Part shown: one piece after another, positions 39,596 through 53,839 of the stretch
How the letters are laid out: each line of letters starts with the position of its first letter
How positions within the stretch are numbered: position 1 is the stretch's first letter
Assembly: GCA_034780895.1 (NCBI GenBank)
Contig: JAUZTB010000002.1
Coordinates: forward strand, 57,669,797-57,733,796
Length of the DNA: 64,000 bases
From: Rhynchobatus australiae
Taxonomy: Eukaryota
Direction of reading: 5' to 3'
Made by a program: the position numbers and the translations under genes
The notes under the pieces: generated by a model
Seen by the model: the letters and a program-made list of their open reading frames with translations, nothing else
Databases searched by the model: none
Told to the model about the DNA's origin: nothing

Positions 39596-42500
39596 GATTA
39601 ATTTGAACTCCAGAGCAACTGGTGGCAGTGAATGGAGGAATGCAAATGTACAAATAGGTGCAAGAGTGCTTTGCATTCGTAGTAATTCATCTCAGCACAC
39701 ATAAGTGACTCAAAATAAGGGAGGGAACCAGAGCTGCCTTAGTTTAGAAATAAGCTGCAGCAGGGAGTAAGCCATCTTACAGGTATCCTTCTTGCAAACT
39801 TTCCAAGATGTCTCAAAGTTGTGCTTCCATTATAAACTCTGTGCACCTGCAGATAGGCCTGCAACCAATTTCCATCGCATTAAAAGTGACAAATGAAGTT
39901 ACCACACTCTTGCCATACTCCAGAGGCTCCTGTTACCTGCAGCAACACAAGGCTCCAGCGCATACTTTATAAAAACAGCAAAGTTGCTGCACTTAAGACA
40001 AGCCACCTTTTGCAGGATTGCACAAATTGTCTGAGAGGCTGGTGTCCAGAACAAAATCAAACCTTAGTCCAGGCAGCTTGTTTCTGTGCAGTAACTCCAG
40101 GTGAGTTCTTGTAGAATGGCTGGGTTCATCAGGGCTCTGAGTGTAGGAAGTGACCACATGTGGCTTTGGGGGAGATGGTGGATGGGTAATGTCAAACTAC
40201 ATATTTACATGAACTGCAAAGGCTTTCATTCTATGAAATGTGCAGCTTATTTGATGATTAGACCTTCCTACACATGGATTCCCCAAAGAATGAGAATTGG
40301 CATACTGCCCCAGCCCATGTAAATATAATGATGGGGGGAAGCAGTGGAAGATTTGCAGGTGGTTCTGCAGCTGTATTTTCTTCAGGATAGACAGTCATGA
40401 AACCATCAAAGCTATTGGAGCACAGCAAAGTGTTGGACTGCACCATGACTCCAGCTATCTTTCCTCTGAAAATTCAGTTGAATGAATTTAATGGCCTTCT
40501 AGCATCCTTTGTTTTGCTCATAGATTTCATCCAGATACTCTGTGATATGGGGCCATTGTTTAATAAATATCGACTCTTATAAATCAGGCTCCATTTTCAC
40601 AGGGGTATCCCATGTGCACTTTGTCTCCTCCTTGTTACCATACATCGTACCTTGACATCAAATCTATTTGTAAATGGGTATCAAGGGAGCTCAGGATAGA
40701 GAGAAAAGTAGTTGCTAAGTCTTCAATATTATTCTTCCTGTCTCTGGGGCTAAAACTCAGAGATCTGTTAGATTTGGTCTGCAAAGAAAGTTGTTAATTT
40801 TTTACGAAGACTGCAGTAGCTGATAGAAAAAAATAATACAGTAACATTACACAAGAACCGTGCCCCCTCCCCCAGCCCCACAGTATTCAAAAATCCACTG
40901 AAGGCACACTGAGTTTGATATTTCCATCCTCAATTGCTGTACCTCACTGGTTCCAATAACTGCTGCAGCCTCTTCCTGCAGATCTGAAGTGCAGATGTCA
41001 GCTGGAACTCCACTGGTGGATTCCTCCTTTAGATGGACGAACAAGCCTCCATCTATTGCTTTCTTATTTTCAGTTGTATTCAGAGGAGATGTCACTTTTA
41101 CAGGGAATTTATTATTTTTGTTTGTTCTTCACTATCAGGAGAAACCACTTGTAAAATAAAATGTGAAAGCATATCAGTTTTGTGTAGTACTTGATTTTTG
41201 ATGGAGCACCTCATAACATCTCTACATTGTTTGCAGTGATTATAAGAAGTGTCATGTTTATGTCATTCTGGTCATTTTAGTTTTATTTTCTAGTTTGGAT
41301 TACAGACTTAATGTATTAAAATTGTTAATTTCTATTTACAGTGCTGCCTGTGATCTTCCTGATGCTAAAAGATTGATGCTGAGCCCAACTCTGTGATCAA
41401 GGGCTTTGCCTGTCATAATCTTTTACTTTAAGATATTTAGTTATGAAGTGTCTCTTATCCATGAATTTTTTCTGTTTTTTTTTGTGTATGTGTTTAACTC
41501 TTGTGCACATTAGGTATTTGTTTCGGCCAGTGCATTTTTGATTTAAACCCCATCTTCTTTGCACAGGCAATAATTGTACATAGTGTTTCCCTAATGGTTG
41601 ATAACCATCATGTCTCTCTAAGTATATGATGTAATGTTTACATAGTTTTCTCCATGACCAGCTACTTAAAGTTGCAGGACACTAAAAAAATTTGTAAAAT
41701 GTGTGTCTTTCTTTTGCACAAAATGGGGATATTCACGGGCATGACACTTCATACCAATGCATCTTATAACTAAGGCTTGAACTTGGCTGGCAATTGAGCA
41801 ATCAATCTCAGTTTATTTGTTTCATAGGATCAACTTGGATTTCACAATTTTACAGTTTCAGCATTCCTTGCTTTTTTTCTGTTTATTTTTCTCTTCTTCC
41901 TTTATTTTCTCTCTTTTTCCTTGTGTCCTCTGCATGAAATTTCTAACATCTCTCCAGTTTCAATGCTAACTTGCTTTTTAGTTTGCAGTTTAAGGATCTC
42001 TTCCATTCTGCCACAGTACTTACAGTTCTATCTCACTTTTTTTTTATTTCTTAATTCTAACTTTTTATTAACCTCTGGTCATATAATACACCTTGAATAA
42101 GTCAGTTATTTATGGGGTTAAAGTTTAATAGTTTGGAGATGAAAATGGACATGAGAGTAGAAAAAGGACAGCTGTAATTTAGAAAATTACAGGGTGGTNN
42201 NNNNNNNNNNNNNNNNNNNNNNNNNNNNNNNNNNNNNNNNNNNNNNNNNNNNNNNNNNNNNNNNNNNNNNNNNNNNNNNNNNNNNNNNNNNNNNNNNNNN
42301 NNNNNNNNNNNNNNNNNNNNNNNNNNNNNNNNNNNNNNNNNNNNNNNNNNNNNNNNNNNNNNNNNNNNNNNNNNNNNNNNNNNNNNNNNNNNNNNNNNNN
42401 NNNNNNNNNNNNNNNNNNNNNNNNNNNNNNNNNNNNNNNNNNNNNNNNNNNNNNNNNNNNNNNNNNNNNNNNNNNNNNNNNNNNNNNNNNNNNNNNNNNN

Positions 42501-42636
42501 NNNNNNNNNNNNNNNNNNNNNNNNNNNNNNNNNNNNNNNNNNNNNNNNNNNNNNNNNNNNNNNNNNNNNNNNNNNNNNNNNNNNNNNNNNNNNNNNNNNN
42601 NNNNNNNNNNNNNNNNNNNNNNNNNNNNNNNNNNNC

Positions 42637-45600
42637 CCATATTGCTAAACTCCAGTGAATACAGGCCCAGAGCCATCAAACACTCCTCATACGTTAACCC
42701 TTTCATTTCCAGGATCATTCTTGTAAACCTCCTGTGGACCCTCTCCAATGCCAGCACATCCTTCCTTGGATGTGGGGCCCAAAACTGCTCACAATACTCC
42801 AAATGTGATCTGCCCAATGCCTTATAAAGCCTCAGCATTATATCCTTGCTTTTATATCCTCGTCCTCTCAAAATGAATGCTATCATTACATTTGCCTTCC
42901 TTACTACTGACTCAATTGGCAAGTTAACCTTTAAGAAATCCTACACCAGAACTCCCAAGCCCCTTTGGACCTCCAATTTCTGAATTCTCTCCCTGTTTGG
43001 AAAATATTCTGTGCCTTTATTCCTTCTACCAAACTGCATGACCGTACACTTCCCTCTGCTGCATTCCATCTGCCACTTCTTTGCCCATTCTCCCAACCTG
43101 TCCAAGTCCTTCTGCAGTCCCCTTGCTCCCTCAACACTACCTGCCCCTCCACCTATCTTGTATCATCCACAAGCTGGGCCACAAAGCCCTCAATTCCGTC
43201 ATCCAGATCATTAATGTATAACGTGAAAAGTAGCAGGCCCAACACCAACCCCTGCAGAACACCACTAGTCACCAGCAGCCAAACAGAAATGGCCCCCTTT
43301 ATTCCCACTCTTTGCCTTCTGCCAGTCAGCCAATCTTCTGGTACCTTTTCTGTAGCTCCTGTCTTGTTTAGGAGCCTCATGTGTGGCACCTTGTCGAAGG
43401 CCTTCTGAAATCCAAGTAATCAACATCCACTGAATCTCCTTTATCTATCCTGCCTGTTACTTCCTTGAATCCCAACAGATTTGCCAGGCAAGATCTCCCC
43501 TTAAGGAAACCATGCAGACTTCAGCCTATTTTATTATGAACTTCTAAGTGTCCCGAAACCTTATCCTTAATAATGGACTCTGACATCTCACCAACCACTG
43601 CAGTCAGGCTAACTGGGCTACCATTTCCTGTCTTTTGCCTCTGTCCCTTCTTAAAGAGTGGAGTGCTAGTTGCGATTTTCCAGTCCTCTGGAACCATTCC
43701 AGAAGATAGTGATTCTTGAAAGATCACTACCAATGCCTCCACAATCTCTTCAGCTAGCTGTTTCAGAACTCTGCAGTGTAGTCCATCTGGTCTAGATAAC
43801 TTACCTGCCTTCAGACCTTTCAGTTTCCCAAGCACCTTCACCTTCATAATCGTGACTACACTCACTTCTGTCCCCTGACTCTTACAAATTTTTGGCATGT
43901 TGCTGGCATCTTCCACAGTGAAGATTGACGCAAAATACTTATTCAGTTTGTCCGTCATTTCTTTGTTCCCCATTACCATCTCTCCAGTGTCATTTTCCAG
44001 CAGTCTGATGTCCACTCTTGCCTCTCTTTTACAGTTTATATATCTGAAAAAGCTTTTGGTATCCTCTTTTATGTTATTGGCTCACTTACCTTTTATATTT
44101 CATCTTTTTTCCCATTATTGCTTTTTTTAATTGCCTTCTGTTGGTTTTTAAAAGCTTCCCAATCCTCTAGCTTCCCACTAACTTTTGCAATATTGTATGC
44201 CTCTCTTGCTTTTATGCTGTCTTTGACTTCCCTTGTCAACCACAGTTGCCTCATCCTCCCTTTAGAATGCTGGTTCTTTAGGGCGAACTGATCCTGCATC
44301 TTCTGAATTACTCCCAGAAACTCCTGCCATTGCTGCTCTACCGTCACCCCTGGTAGGATCCCCTTCCAATCAACTTTGGCCAGCTCCTCTTTCATGCCTC
44401 TGTAGTTACCTTTACTCAATTCTAACACCGATACATCCGATTTCAGCTTCTCCCTCTCAAACTGCAGGGTGAATTCGATCATATTATGACCACTGCCTCC
44501 TCAGGGTTCCTTTACCTCAAGCTCCCTAATCAAATCTGGTTCATTGCACAACACCAAATCCAGAATTGCCTTTTCCCTAGTGGGCTCGACCACAANNNNN
44601 NNNNNNNNNNNNNNNNNNNNNNNNNNNNNNNNNNNNNNNNNNNNNNNNNNNNNNNNNNNNNNNNNNNNNNNNNNNNNNNNNNNNNNNNNNNNNNNNNNNN
44701 NNNNNNNNNNNNNNNNNNNNNNNNNNNNNNNNNNNNNNNNNNNNNNNNNNNNNNNNNNNNNNNNNNNNNNNNNNNNNNNNNNNNNNNNNNNNNNNNNNNN
44801 NNNNNNNNNNNNNNNNNNNNNNNNNNNNNNNNNNNNNNNNNNNNNNNNNNNNNNNNNNNNNNNNNNNNNNNNNNNNNNNNNNNNNNNNNNNNNNNNNNNN
44901 NNNNNNNNNNNNNNNNNNNNNNNNNNNNNNNNNNNNNNNNNNNNNNNNNNNNNNNNNNNNNNNNNNNNNNNNNNNNNNNNNNNNNNNNNNNNNNNNNNNN
45001 NNNNNNNNNNNNNNNNNNNNNNNNNNNNNNNNNNNNNNNNNNNNNNNNNNNNNNNNNNNNNNNNNNNNNNNNNNNNNNNNNNNNNNNNNNNNNNNNNNNN
45101 NNNNNNNNNNNNNNNNNNNNNNNNNNNNNNNNNNNNNNNNNNNNNNNNNNNNNNNNNNNNNNNNNNNNNNNNNNNNNNNNNNNNNNNNNNTCGGGAGACT
45201 TCAATAACCTCTCCTGCATTCTCCTTCCATTTTACTTTATCCATACTCTTCCAATCTGTTGAACCCATCCCCACCCCCACCCCCACCCCCACCCCCACTA
45301 TTTAGTCCTATCTACAGCCCTAGTTATGTGATTTGCCAGGATCCTGGTCCCAGCATGGTTCAGGTGGAGCCCATCCTATTGGAGCAGCTCCCTCCTTCCC
45401 CAATACTGGTGTCAATGTCCCATAAATTCAAACCCACTTCTCCCACACCAATCTTTGAGCCACATATTTAACTCTCTGATCTTATTTCCCCTGTGCCAAA
45501 TTGCACATGGCTCAGGTAGCAATCCAGAGATTATTACCTTTATGGTTCTGCTTTTTAATTTAGTCCCTAGATGCTCAAATTCCCTCAGCCTCTTTCCTTG

Positions 45601-45995
45601 TTCTTCCTATGTCATTGTTACCCACATGGACCACAACAACTTGATCTTTCCCCTCCCACTCCAAATTCCTCTGCAAGTCAGATGAGATGTACTGAACCCA
45701 GGCACCAGCCTTCGGGACTCTCGATTCTTGTGACAGAGAATTATGTCTATTCCCCTAACTATAGTATTCCCAATTATGACTACATTTCTCTTCTCTGCCC
45801 CCTCTTGAATGGCTCCCTGGACCACAGTGCCGCAGTACGGTTGCTCATCCTTCCTACAGTCCCCACTCTCATTCGCACAGGGAGCAAGAATCTCAGACGT
45901 GTTGGACAAGCTCAAGGGCTGAGGTTCCTCTGGCACTACCTCTTGGATCCCCCTACCTGCCTCACTCACAGTCACACCCTCTTGTCCCTGACCAC
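42637..45995 (-). mobile_element. near-full-length degenerate CR1 LINE (ORF1 esterase, endonuclease, RT), partly in gaps
   Basis: In order on the minus strand: NVVIIGNTIVRGID (GDSL-esterase ORF1), EPTREKAILDLVLCN (endonuclease), PEDWKIA..PLFKKG, SGVLQGLVLGLLLFTLYINDLD (RT), HLEYCEQFWAPH. Several frameshifts. Confidence 0.93.
45269..45298 (-). repeat. (GGGGGT)~5 G-rich repeat
   Basis: ccccacccccacccccacccccacccccac on the + strand. Confidence 0.85.
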
Positions 45996-47189
45996 NNNNN
46001 NNNNNNNNNNNNNNNNNNNNNNNNNNNNNNNNNNNNNNNNNNNNNNNNNNNNNNNNNNNNNNNNNNNNNNNNNNNNNNNNNNNNNNNNNNNNNNNNNNNN
46101 NNNNNNNNNNNNNNNNNNNNNNNNNNNNNNNNNNNNNNNNNNAATCAGTGTATAAATAAAAATATGAGAACAATGAATAAAATGATAGAGCATCTTTCTA
46201 AACCAGAAAGACCAGAAAGTTGAAAAGAATTAGTTCATTGTTTCCTTTTGTAAACCTAGAGTGTCGTGTACACTTGCACTCCAAATTGCTTCAGAATTCC
46301 AGCATATTTTTGCGTTATTCCATGTACTTTGTTTTAATTTGTGTTTCTTCCTCTTTGATAAATTCTGTCATGTGTTTGCATATAAAAAAAATGCCAAATA
46401 CATCAGTCGGTTGTAAATGTTTCCAGATCTGTCTAAAATCAAAATCTACTCAGCTCAGTGCCCTATTCGGGTGATGTGGTATTTTGCTCCTGCACATTAA
46501 CACAACTTAGGCTGGCGAACTGCTAGATACTTTTGCAATAACTTGCTGTGTTGCATGAAATTAAAATTTTTCTTTTGTGTTATTCATTGAAGTCAGCATT
46601 TTAAAGCATGCTGTAAAAATAAGCAGGACATAAATGTTTTGCCTTTGCAAAATCAATTAATTGAAATCATACAATTGTGCAGCAGGTTCAGGAAGCGTAC
46701 AGCAAAAACTGTGTCTGAGCCACATGAACAAAAGCACAAGTGAGCACNNNNNNNNNNNNNNNNNNNNNNNNNNNNNNNNNNNNNNNNNNNNAGCCGGCAC
46801 ACCCAGCTGTGCTGTTACTATGGTGCCCCAGTCAACAAAATGTCAGAAACACTGAAGGAGGGAAATGAGCTTGACTGTTGAGGTAGTTGAGCCATAAACA
46901 GGTTGAGAGAATTGCAAGTGACACCCAGTTTGACTTAATATGATAGACCAATTACCTCTGCAAATTCATCTGTACAGTATGGAAAAACCAAAAAGGTAAA
47001 ATTATTTTCAGCTGAAATCATATAAATCAAAGTCTACATAATCCCATGTTAAATTTCATTGAAAAGGAACGGGGTCGAAGGATTATAATGAAAGTGTAAA
47101 TGAAATTCCACATCTGGTATTTAGTCGCAGTAATAAAAACAAACAATAAGGGGTAACTGTGAAATTAATAAAGAAATGGAAGGAAAATG

Positions 47190-47500
47190 GAAAAAAATAC
47201 AATTTCTTTATGGGACCCTGGCTCGAATCCATCTGGGTACAATATGTAGTTCTGGTCACTTAGTCATAAGGACATTGCCTACAAAGAACACTGAAAATAA
47301 CCTGTGTTATCAAATATTTAACTTGGGAATAGATGGTTATGAATTGAATTGAGTAAATTAATATGTATCAGTTGTTTATTAAGTGACTGTGTTAAGAGAG
47401 CAGGAGATACAAGTTGAGTTAAAAATTAGAAAAAGATCAAATAGTAGCAATCTTAAAATTAGTTACCAGCAATATGTGCTCTCCTGGATGGTATAAATGA
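47190..47500 (+). mobile_element. decayed CR1 fragment
   Basis: accctggctcgaatccatctgggtacaatatgtagttctggtcac is a frameshifted LVRPHLEYCVQFWSP. Confidence 0.5.
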
Positions 47501-50500
47501 AAGCTATAAGAATCAGATGTATTCTTTGAGAAAGGGCGCAATGAGATGCGACATTCTCTGTCGAACTAGAATATTTGTTGAGTAATGTGCCATTTCACTG
47601 TAGGCAAGAATTCTGATCCTATATGTTAACTTGAATAACTACATGCAGGCATTATTAGACTCTGGGTTATCATTCTCTCATAATTTTAATTTATATTTTT
47701 GATATCACAGGTTACGCATTATTTGGTTTTACCTGTTATATTCTCTGAGTCCCTGCAAATGTGCATTACACCAGTATGTATGGGGGATTGGATAGATCCA
47801 TTTTGCTGCATTGTGCAATTTTAATCATCATGTCCCAAAAAATTAACTACAGAAGGAAGAATTGAAGATAACTTGTGCTATTACAAGTTGTAATACTCTT
47901 ACTTTCTGTTAGTGAACTTTAACTTTTCAAATTTTGTGATTTCTGACTCAGTTAACATTCAATTACTTTTATCCTGTTTGAGATTTGATCATTTTGAATC
48001 AGCCACAGATCACTGAGTTGGATAGAAAAATATCTGTACCTCATAATGAAGTTAATGTGTTTCATATCTTGACTCTGAGGGTCAAGTTAATTGGCCAAGG
48101 ATCAAAAACTTGCAACTTTTTGAATGCATCTGAAGCCTGTGCTTTCATTCTCTGAATCAGCAAAATGCAGGCAAGGGAAACCAAGATGTCCAGGTGCATG
48201 CTAACACTGAACTCTTAAGTGGACAGTGTTGTCTTGTAGTTTACCCAGCTTATTTTAAAATTGCAGAAGGTTGTTATTTTGGTGAATGCTATTTCTTTTA
48301 TAGAACATTTTTTGTGACTTTGACACACAGAGCAGCATACTTGTAATGGGTGAAACAGTCTATTTGGTAGACTAAAATGCTGATAATTATTTCAAAGTCT
48401 CTTTTCACATGATTATCATCAATTCTTACATTTTAAGAATCAGCCAACAGCTATTTCAGATGGCCATTTTAGATTCTTATATTGCTGGCCTATCTGTAGT
48501 TTAATTGATGTGTTGGTAGAGTAAAATGACATGGCCAATATCCCTCTTATGTCACCATACTTTTTCTCTTCCCTAAATATATATACTCATCCAAATGATG
48601 TTCTTTTCAACAAACTCAATTCCCATAGTAATTTATAGACTGGAGTGTAGAATCTGGATTACTAGGCCTTCCTTTACAAAGTTATTTGGGCATATGTAAG
48701 AACAAAGAAAGTACTGGGCAAAGTTAAAATTTTACGACTGGGCAAACAGTGATGTTGCAGTTTGTCTTCCAGTTTACTTGAGGCCCTCTTCTGATTCCAT
48801 GAGTAATGATGGTGTTTTCCATTTAGTATCAACCTGCATTTTGTCATAACTTTGAATNNNNNNNNNNNNNNNNNNNNNNNNNNNNNNNNNNNNNNNNNNN
48901 NNNNNNNNNNNNNNNNNNNNNNNNNNNNNNNNNNNNNNNNNNNNNNNNNNNNNNNNNNNNNNNNNNNNNNNNNNNNNNNNNNNNNNNNNNNNNNNGTCTT
49001 AAATAACATGACAGAAAATGAAGCTTTAATCTATTGACTATCTGAATCTTTTAAAGAGATTTTCATCATAATTATTACTTTCAGTTAATTTTTTTCAATT
49101 AATTTTCTATGTGAATAATTATGTGTGTGTCTATGCCATTCTTAGAGGGGATAGTGACAGCAATTCAGGCCCATAAGTTGTTTTGTCCTGCTCCCCTTCT
49201 GACATTAAAGCTAGAAAGTGAATAATGATTCGGATCCCCCGTTTATGGCCTGGTGTCATAGACTGCTGAGGCTGATCTTATATTGGTCTGTCCCAGAGCC
49301 ATTGATGTCTGAGTTGCTGGGTAGTTGGTGGTGACTTTCCACATTTGGAGTTCCCTCAGTGCAAGCCTTCAAAGAACACAGCATGTGATCAATGGGGATA
49401 TGTCTCATGAGATCAGATGTATGCATCAGCCAATTTGGGCTGAGCGTCTGGAATCTTGGCATTGATCCCTGGAGATTTATTTTTAAACTTTTTGAAATAT
49501 TTTTAATTCAGTTGCCTAAATTGGTTGATTGGTACAAATTGGCAATATTTCAAGAGCAGTGATTTTCACTGACATAAAATCTGTTTCAGCTCCATTTAAA
49601 AGTTCCAGCTGTCCTTGGTAGCATTTGACCTATGTTTCCATGTCATCATTCCAAACCAAAAAAAGTGGTCAATTTTTTTTAAATTGTGGGAACTTTTATT
49701 TTGCCTCTTTTTTTTGTATTGTTGGCCAGTGTTTTGGACTGTAATTGTGTTAAACTTCTGCACTTACCGTTTTTTTTGGAATAATGTGGAATTTTGATGG
49801 AATATTTCCTTTCTTCATTGTTATTGATTTTATGATATAATAATTGAACTATGTGCACAGAATGGCAGCTGATGTGTATCGTATGTGTATTATCTTAGTG
49901 ATGTACAAATAAAATGAAAATGACACAATAAATCTCCTGTTTTTAAACCCTTATTTCTTTTAAATCTAATTTAATGATGAAAGAGTAATATTTTTAAGAG
50001 AAAGTGTGACTGAATCTCTACCCACTTGCTTGTTAAATATACCTGTACAAACTTGATAAATCAATAAAACTACTGCACATTAACGTAAAGCCAGTTGAGT
50101 ATCAGTCTCTAGATGGAGCTGTTGTTCTGGCATGTGGCACAGCATTTTACTTAAGCGCAAAATTTGTGATTGCTCTACGGATTAAAAAAAACATGCTGTA
50201 TCTATGCAATTAAAGTTGTACTTTATACTGAAATTATGTGGAATATCCACAACACCAAATTTATATAACCCCAAGTAATGATTTCTTGTTTTACTGCCAT
50301 ATTTGCTTGTAAAGTTCACTGATACATTCACCTTTAAAGTTGCACTTGGAAAGTAATGAATTGGCTATGAATACTTTGGAACATCCCAGTGATGTAAAAA
50401 GTGTGAGATAAATGCTTTCCTTACAACCATACGTCAATCTTAAGTATAAATATATTCAGAAGGCATCTAAATAGCTTGTCATGTGTTATGCTATCATGAC

Positions 50501-51954
50501 AATAGCTTACCACATGTTAACATTTTATATTATGAGCAGCAATCAGAGATTTATGTTTATTCATTACTGAATTTAGGATTAATAACCAACTGTGATNNNN
50601 NNNNNNNNNNNNTAGTGAAAATAATTTGTATAGTTGTAACATTTACCATAACTTTTAAAAATAGTTACCGCTGAGAGACAATTGATTATGTTCTCCCAAT
50701 GATGTCTACATGATTAAAATGTTGGTGAAATGAACAGCCAGTCAAAAGTTGACACAAAGTTGCTGAGTTATTTTCGACAGGCATTCTATTTGTTAATGAT
50801 TTGCACATGCTGAGAAATGTTTTTAATGTTGTTCATAGATGCTTCTTACAAAGTAGAATCAGTGCTAAAAACCTTTGCTGCTTAATTATTTTACTGGATA
50901 AGCGCACATGAAAAATGCCATATTTTGATAAACAGAGACTTTTTTCTTTTGTGCCATTTGAACTTATTAATGTTTCTGTGGAGTGTGGTTGTCCTTTGTT
51001 GCCCTGCAGAAAGTCTAATTTCTGGCTTACCTTTTTTTACAGTTGAAAGAAATTGACAAATTTACAAAGTGGCTGTTTACTGTAATAATTCTTGAATACA
51101 TTTTGGGAATCAATATGAAAACAAAATTTTGAGGAACATTTGGATGTGTCTCCTTGCACTTGGAATGCCTTTATCTCAATAAATATGAATTTTAAATTGA
51201 TTCTGAAATGCTTCAACAGTCCCTTAAAGGTTAATGTAGGTGGGAACATTTTCAAATGAAGTTTGGTTTGATGAATTATTAATAAGACTAAATAATTGTG
51301 ATAATACATGTCAATGCAATTTTATTAACAGATGGTTGTCTTTTTTGTCCTTTAAATTAGCTGAAAGTTGTGGGAGAAGAAATAAGTTGCACCATGTGTA
51401 TATAAAGTTGTTTGAGTGCCAGGAGAAAGAAAATATTTGAAATTAGCCTGTGATCCCTTCTCCTCATGAAGTATAATGCAGCATTCAGGCGTGATTGTTT
51501 CCACCTGTGTCTTCTGTGGTAAACTTTAGTTCTGAAAGAAGCCATGCTGTTTTCTAAGTGGGCAGTGTGGGAAAAAAAATAACTCAGTAACATAGTGTTT
51601 TTATCTCCTCTATGGTTGCCGTTGACGATCAGGAGTTCCGCTGGAGTTAAGCGCTCCTGGCATCCCTCTCCTACTCAGCCTGTGTTTGCAGACAAGTCAT
51701 GGCAGTCCATTTCAGTACACTGTTTAATCATGGTGAGAATTGTGACCCATGTCCAGTCCTGTTGTTACCTGGGGCCAGATCCTCACCCTTCCTGTGGCCA
51801 GCCTTAGTTTTTGTGGATCAAGCCTAATGCTTGGAACTGTTTTAACCCTGTCTTTCAGGTTTGCGGTGAGTAGGACCCAGATGTAGAGCACTGTAGCTAA
51901 CCTGCTGGAAACTTATGAAAGCTGTTATTCACTTATAGGGTAAAACACTCAGGC

Positions 51955-52285
51955 AACACAGAAACAGGCCTTTGGTCTATTAAGTCCATGCCAACGATCA
52001 AGCACCATTTGCACTAAACCTATGCTAATCACATTTTATTAAATCCACATTCCCATCAACTGCCCCCAGATTCTACCATCCACTGACACACTGGGGTTAA
52101 TTTTCAGTGACCAATTAATCTACCAAGCTGCACGTCATCGGAAAGTGGGAGGAAAACTGGAGCACCGAGGTGAAACCATAGTGTGATGGGGAATGTGCAA
52201 ACTGCACATACACAGCACTGGAGGTCAGGATTAAAGCCAGATCATGGGATCTGTGGGGTAGCTGGTCAACTTGTTGCACTGCTCT
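51955..52285 (-). mobile_element. HE1-like V-SINE
   Basis: CR1-type tail acagaaacaggcc, V-domain gtgggaggaaaactggagcacc and tgcaaactgcaca. Alignable by eye to 21705-22050. Confidence 0.8.
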
Positions 52286-53839
52286 TTTCCTGAACTCTCA
52301 GCAGAATATGCTTCCTGACTGAAATCCAAAANNNNNNNNNNNNNNNNNNNNNNNNNNNNTCCTATAATCATGTCTTCTACATTTTTGGACCAATGCTATC
52401 ATACAGAAGAATTTATATAATCCCATGCACTCATAATTATGCTAGCATTAGTTTCTCTGACTGTGACCTCTTTGAAGTACTCACTGAATAAAATCAAGAA
52501 CTCCAATATCTGAGGAATATTTTCTGTTAAGTACAAGCTGTTTCAGCCAGCGAGCAACTGATTGCTTCTCTGTTGTCCTGTGGATGAGGTACACAGGCCT
52601 CAGGATATGAGCTGCATGGAGGTGTTCAACATTCATGTTTGTTTTCTTTAAGCGACAATGATCCACTGCACCATCTGTTCTTCACATCATCTCAAATCTT
52701 TGTTTTTGCCAATATAGAAAAATTACCATGATACTGAAATGCTTTACCTGCATGACCAAAGAAACAACATATTCTCACATTGTCCCAAATGCTTTGCAAC
52801 CACTGAATCGCATTCATACGCCCAACAGTATATGAAACACCACATCAGAAATTCCTTCAAAAGCAATGGTCTAAAGAACTGTTCTTCAGTAGGATCCTGT
52901 CATACATTCAAGAAGGGAGAGGGGGGTCTGGGTCTCAATTGGAAGGTGGTATTTTGGATGATACAATATTCCACTGAAGTGCCAATCCAAATGAAGTGTT
53001 TTGAATTTGGAATGAATCTTTAAAACGTGATTTTCTGATTTGATCTTCTAATTCCGAGGCAAGCAGTGCAAGTGATCCAAACAGATTTCATAATTTTTTT
53101 TTACTTGAAAACAGCAGGTTTTGTTTCTATTATAAAAATAAAGCTAAATATTTGGTTTACTTTTCAGAGAGCTAGCAGATTTGCCAGAACTATTTGATGA
53201 TTATGTCATTCTTAAATCAAACACAATAGAAGTCAAATGAACAGGGAAAACAATAGTGATGTTGATCATTCCACATGTCTGCAAACACATTGTTCAACAG
53301 TTTGATGTGGAACATTTGATGCTAAAATCTAATGAAGATACACAACTAGGTCATTGTTTAATGAATAACAGTGCATCATGAAACACGTGAGCAAGGAACT
53401 GTTACAAAAATTCAATTCATTGTTTTTAATTTGGTTTTTAAGGGTTTTTTGCACCTTTTTCGAGTTATTGAAATAGTGATGAAGGGATAAACAGGAAAAT
53501 CTTTCTTTCCAACTTTAACTGTCTTTTGATTCTCTAAATTCTGTAATGCTTTTCATGGTTGATATCCTCCAGCAATTGTGTCCTTCATGCCCAGGCAGAG
53601 TTAGTGGCCAACTCCATACATTGCTTGGCATGCATGGTGTGGTCCCAGGATTGTATTGTTCCGTTACAGCACCTCTACTCTCTTAATAACTTTAAAATTA
53701 TAACATATAGGATAGAAATATAATCCCAGGAGAACTCCTGCACCAACATTCAAATGTTTTGTTTTAACCCTTTGTATTATTTTCCCTTGGAAGTGGAATG
53801 ATACAACCTTCATACAACGTAACTTATTGTTCTCCTATA

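Noticed and set aside
46661-46855. gcAGcAG acceptor-like site with a short ORF
   Set aside because: No pyrimidine tract, interrupted by an N run, and no recognisable peptide.
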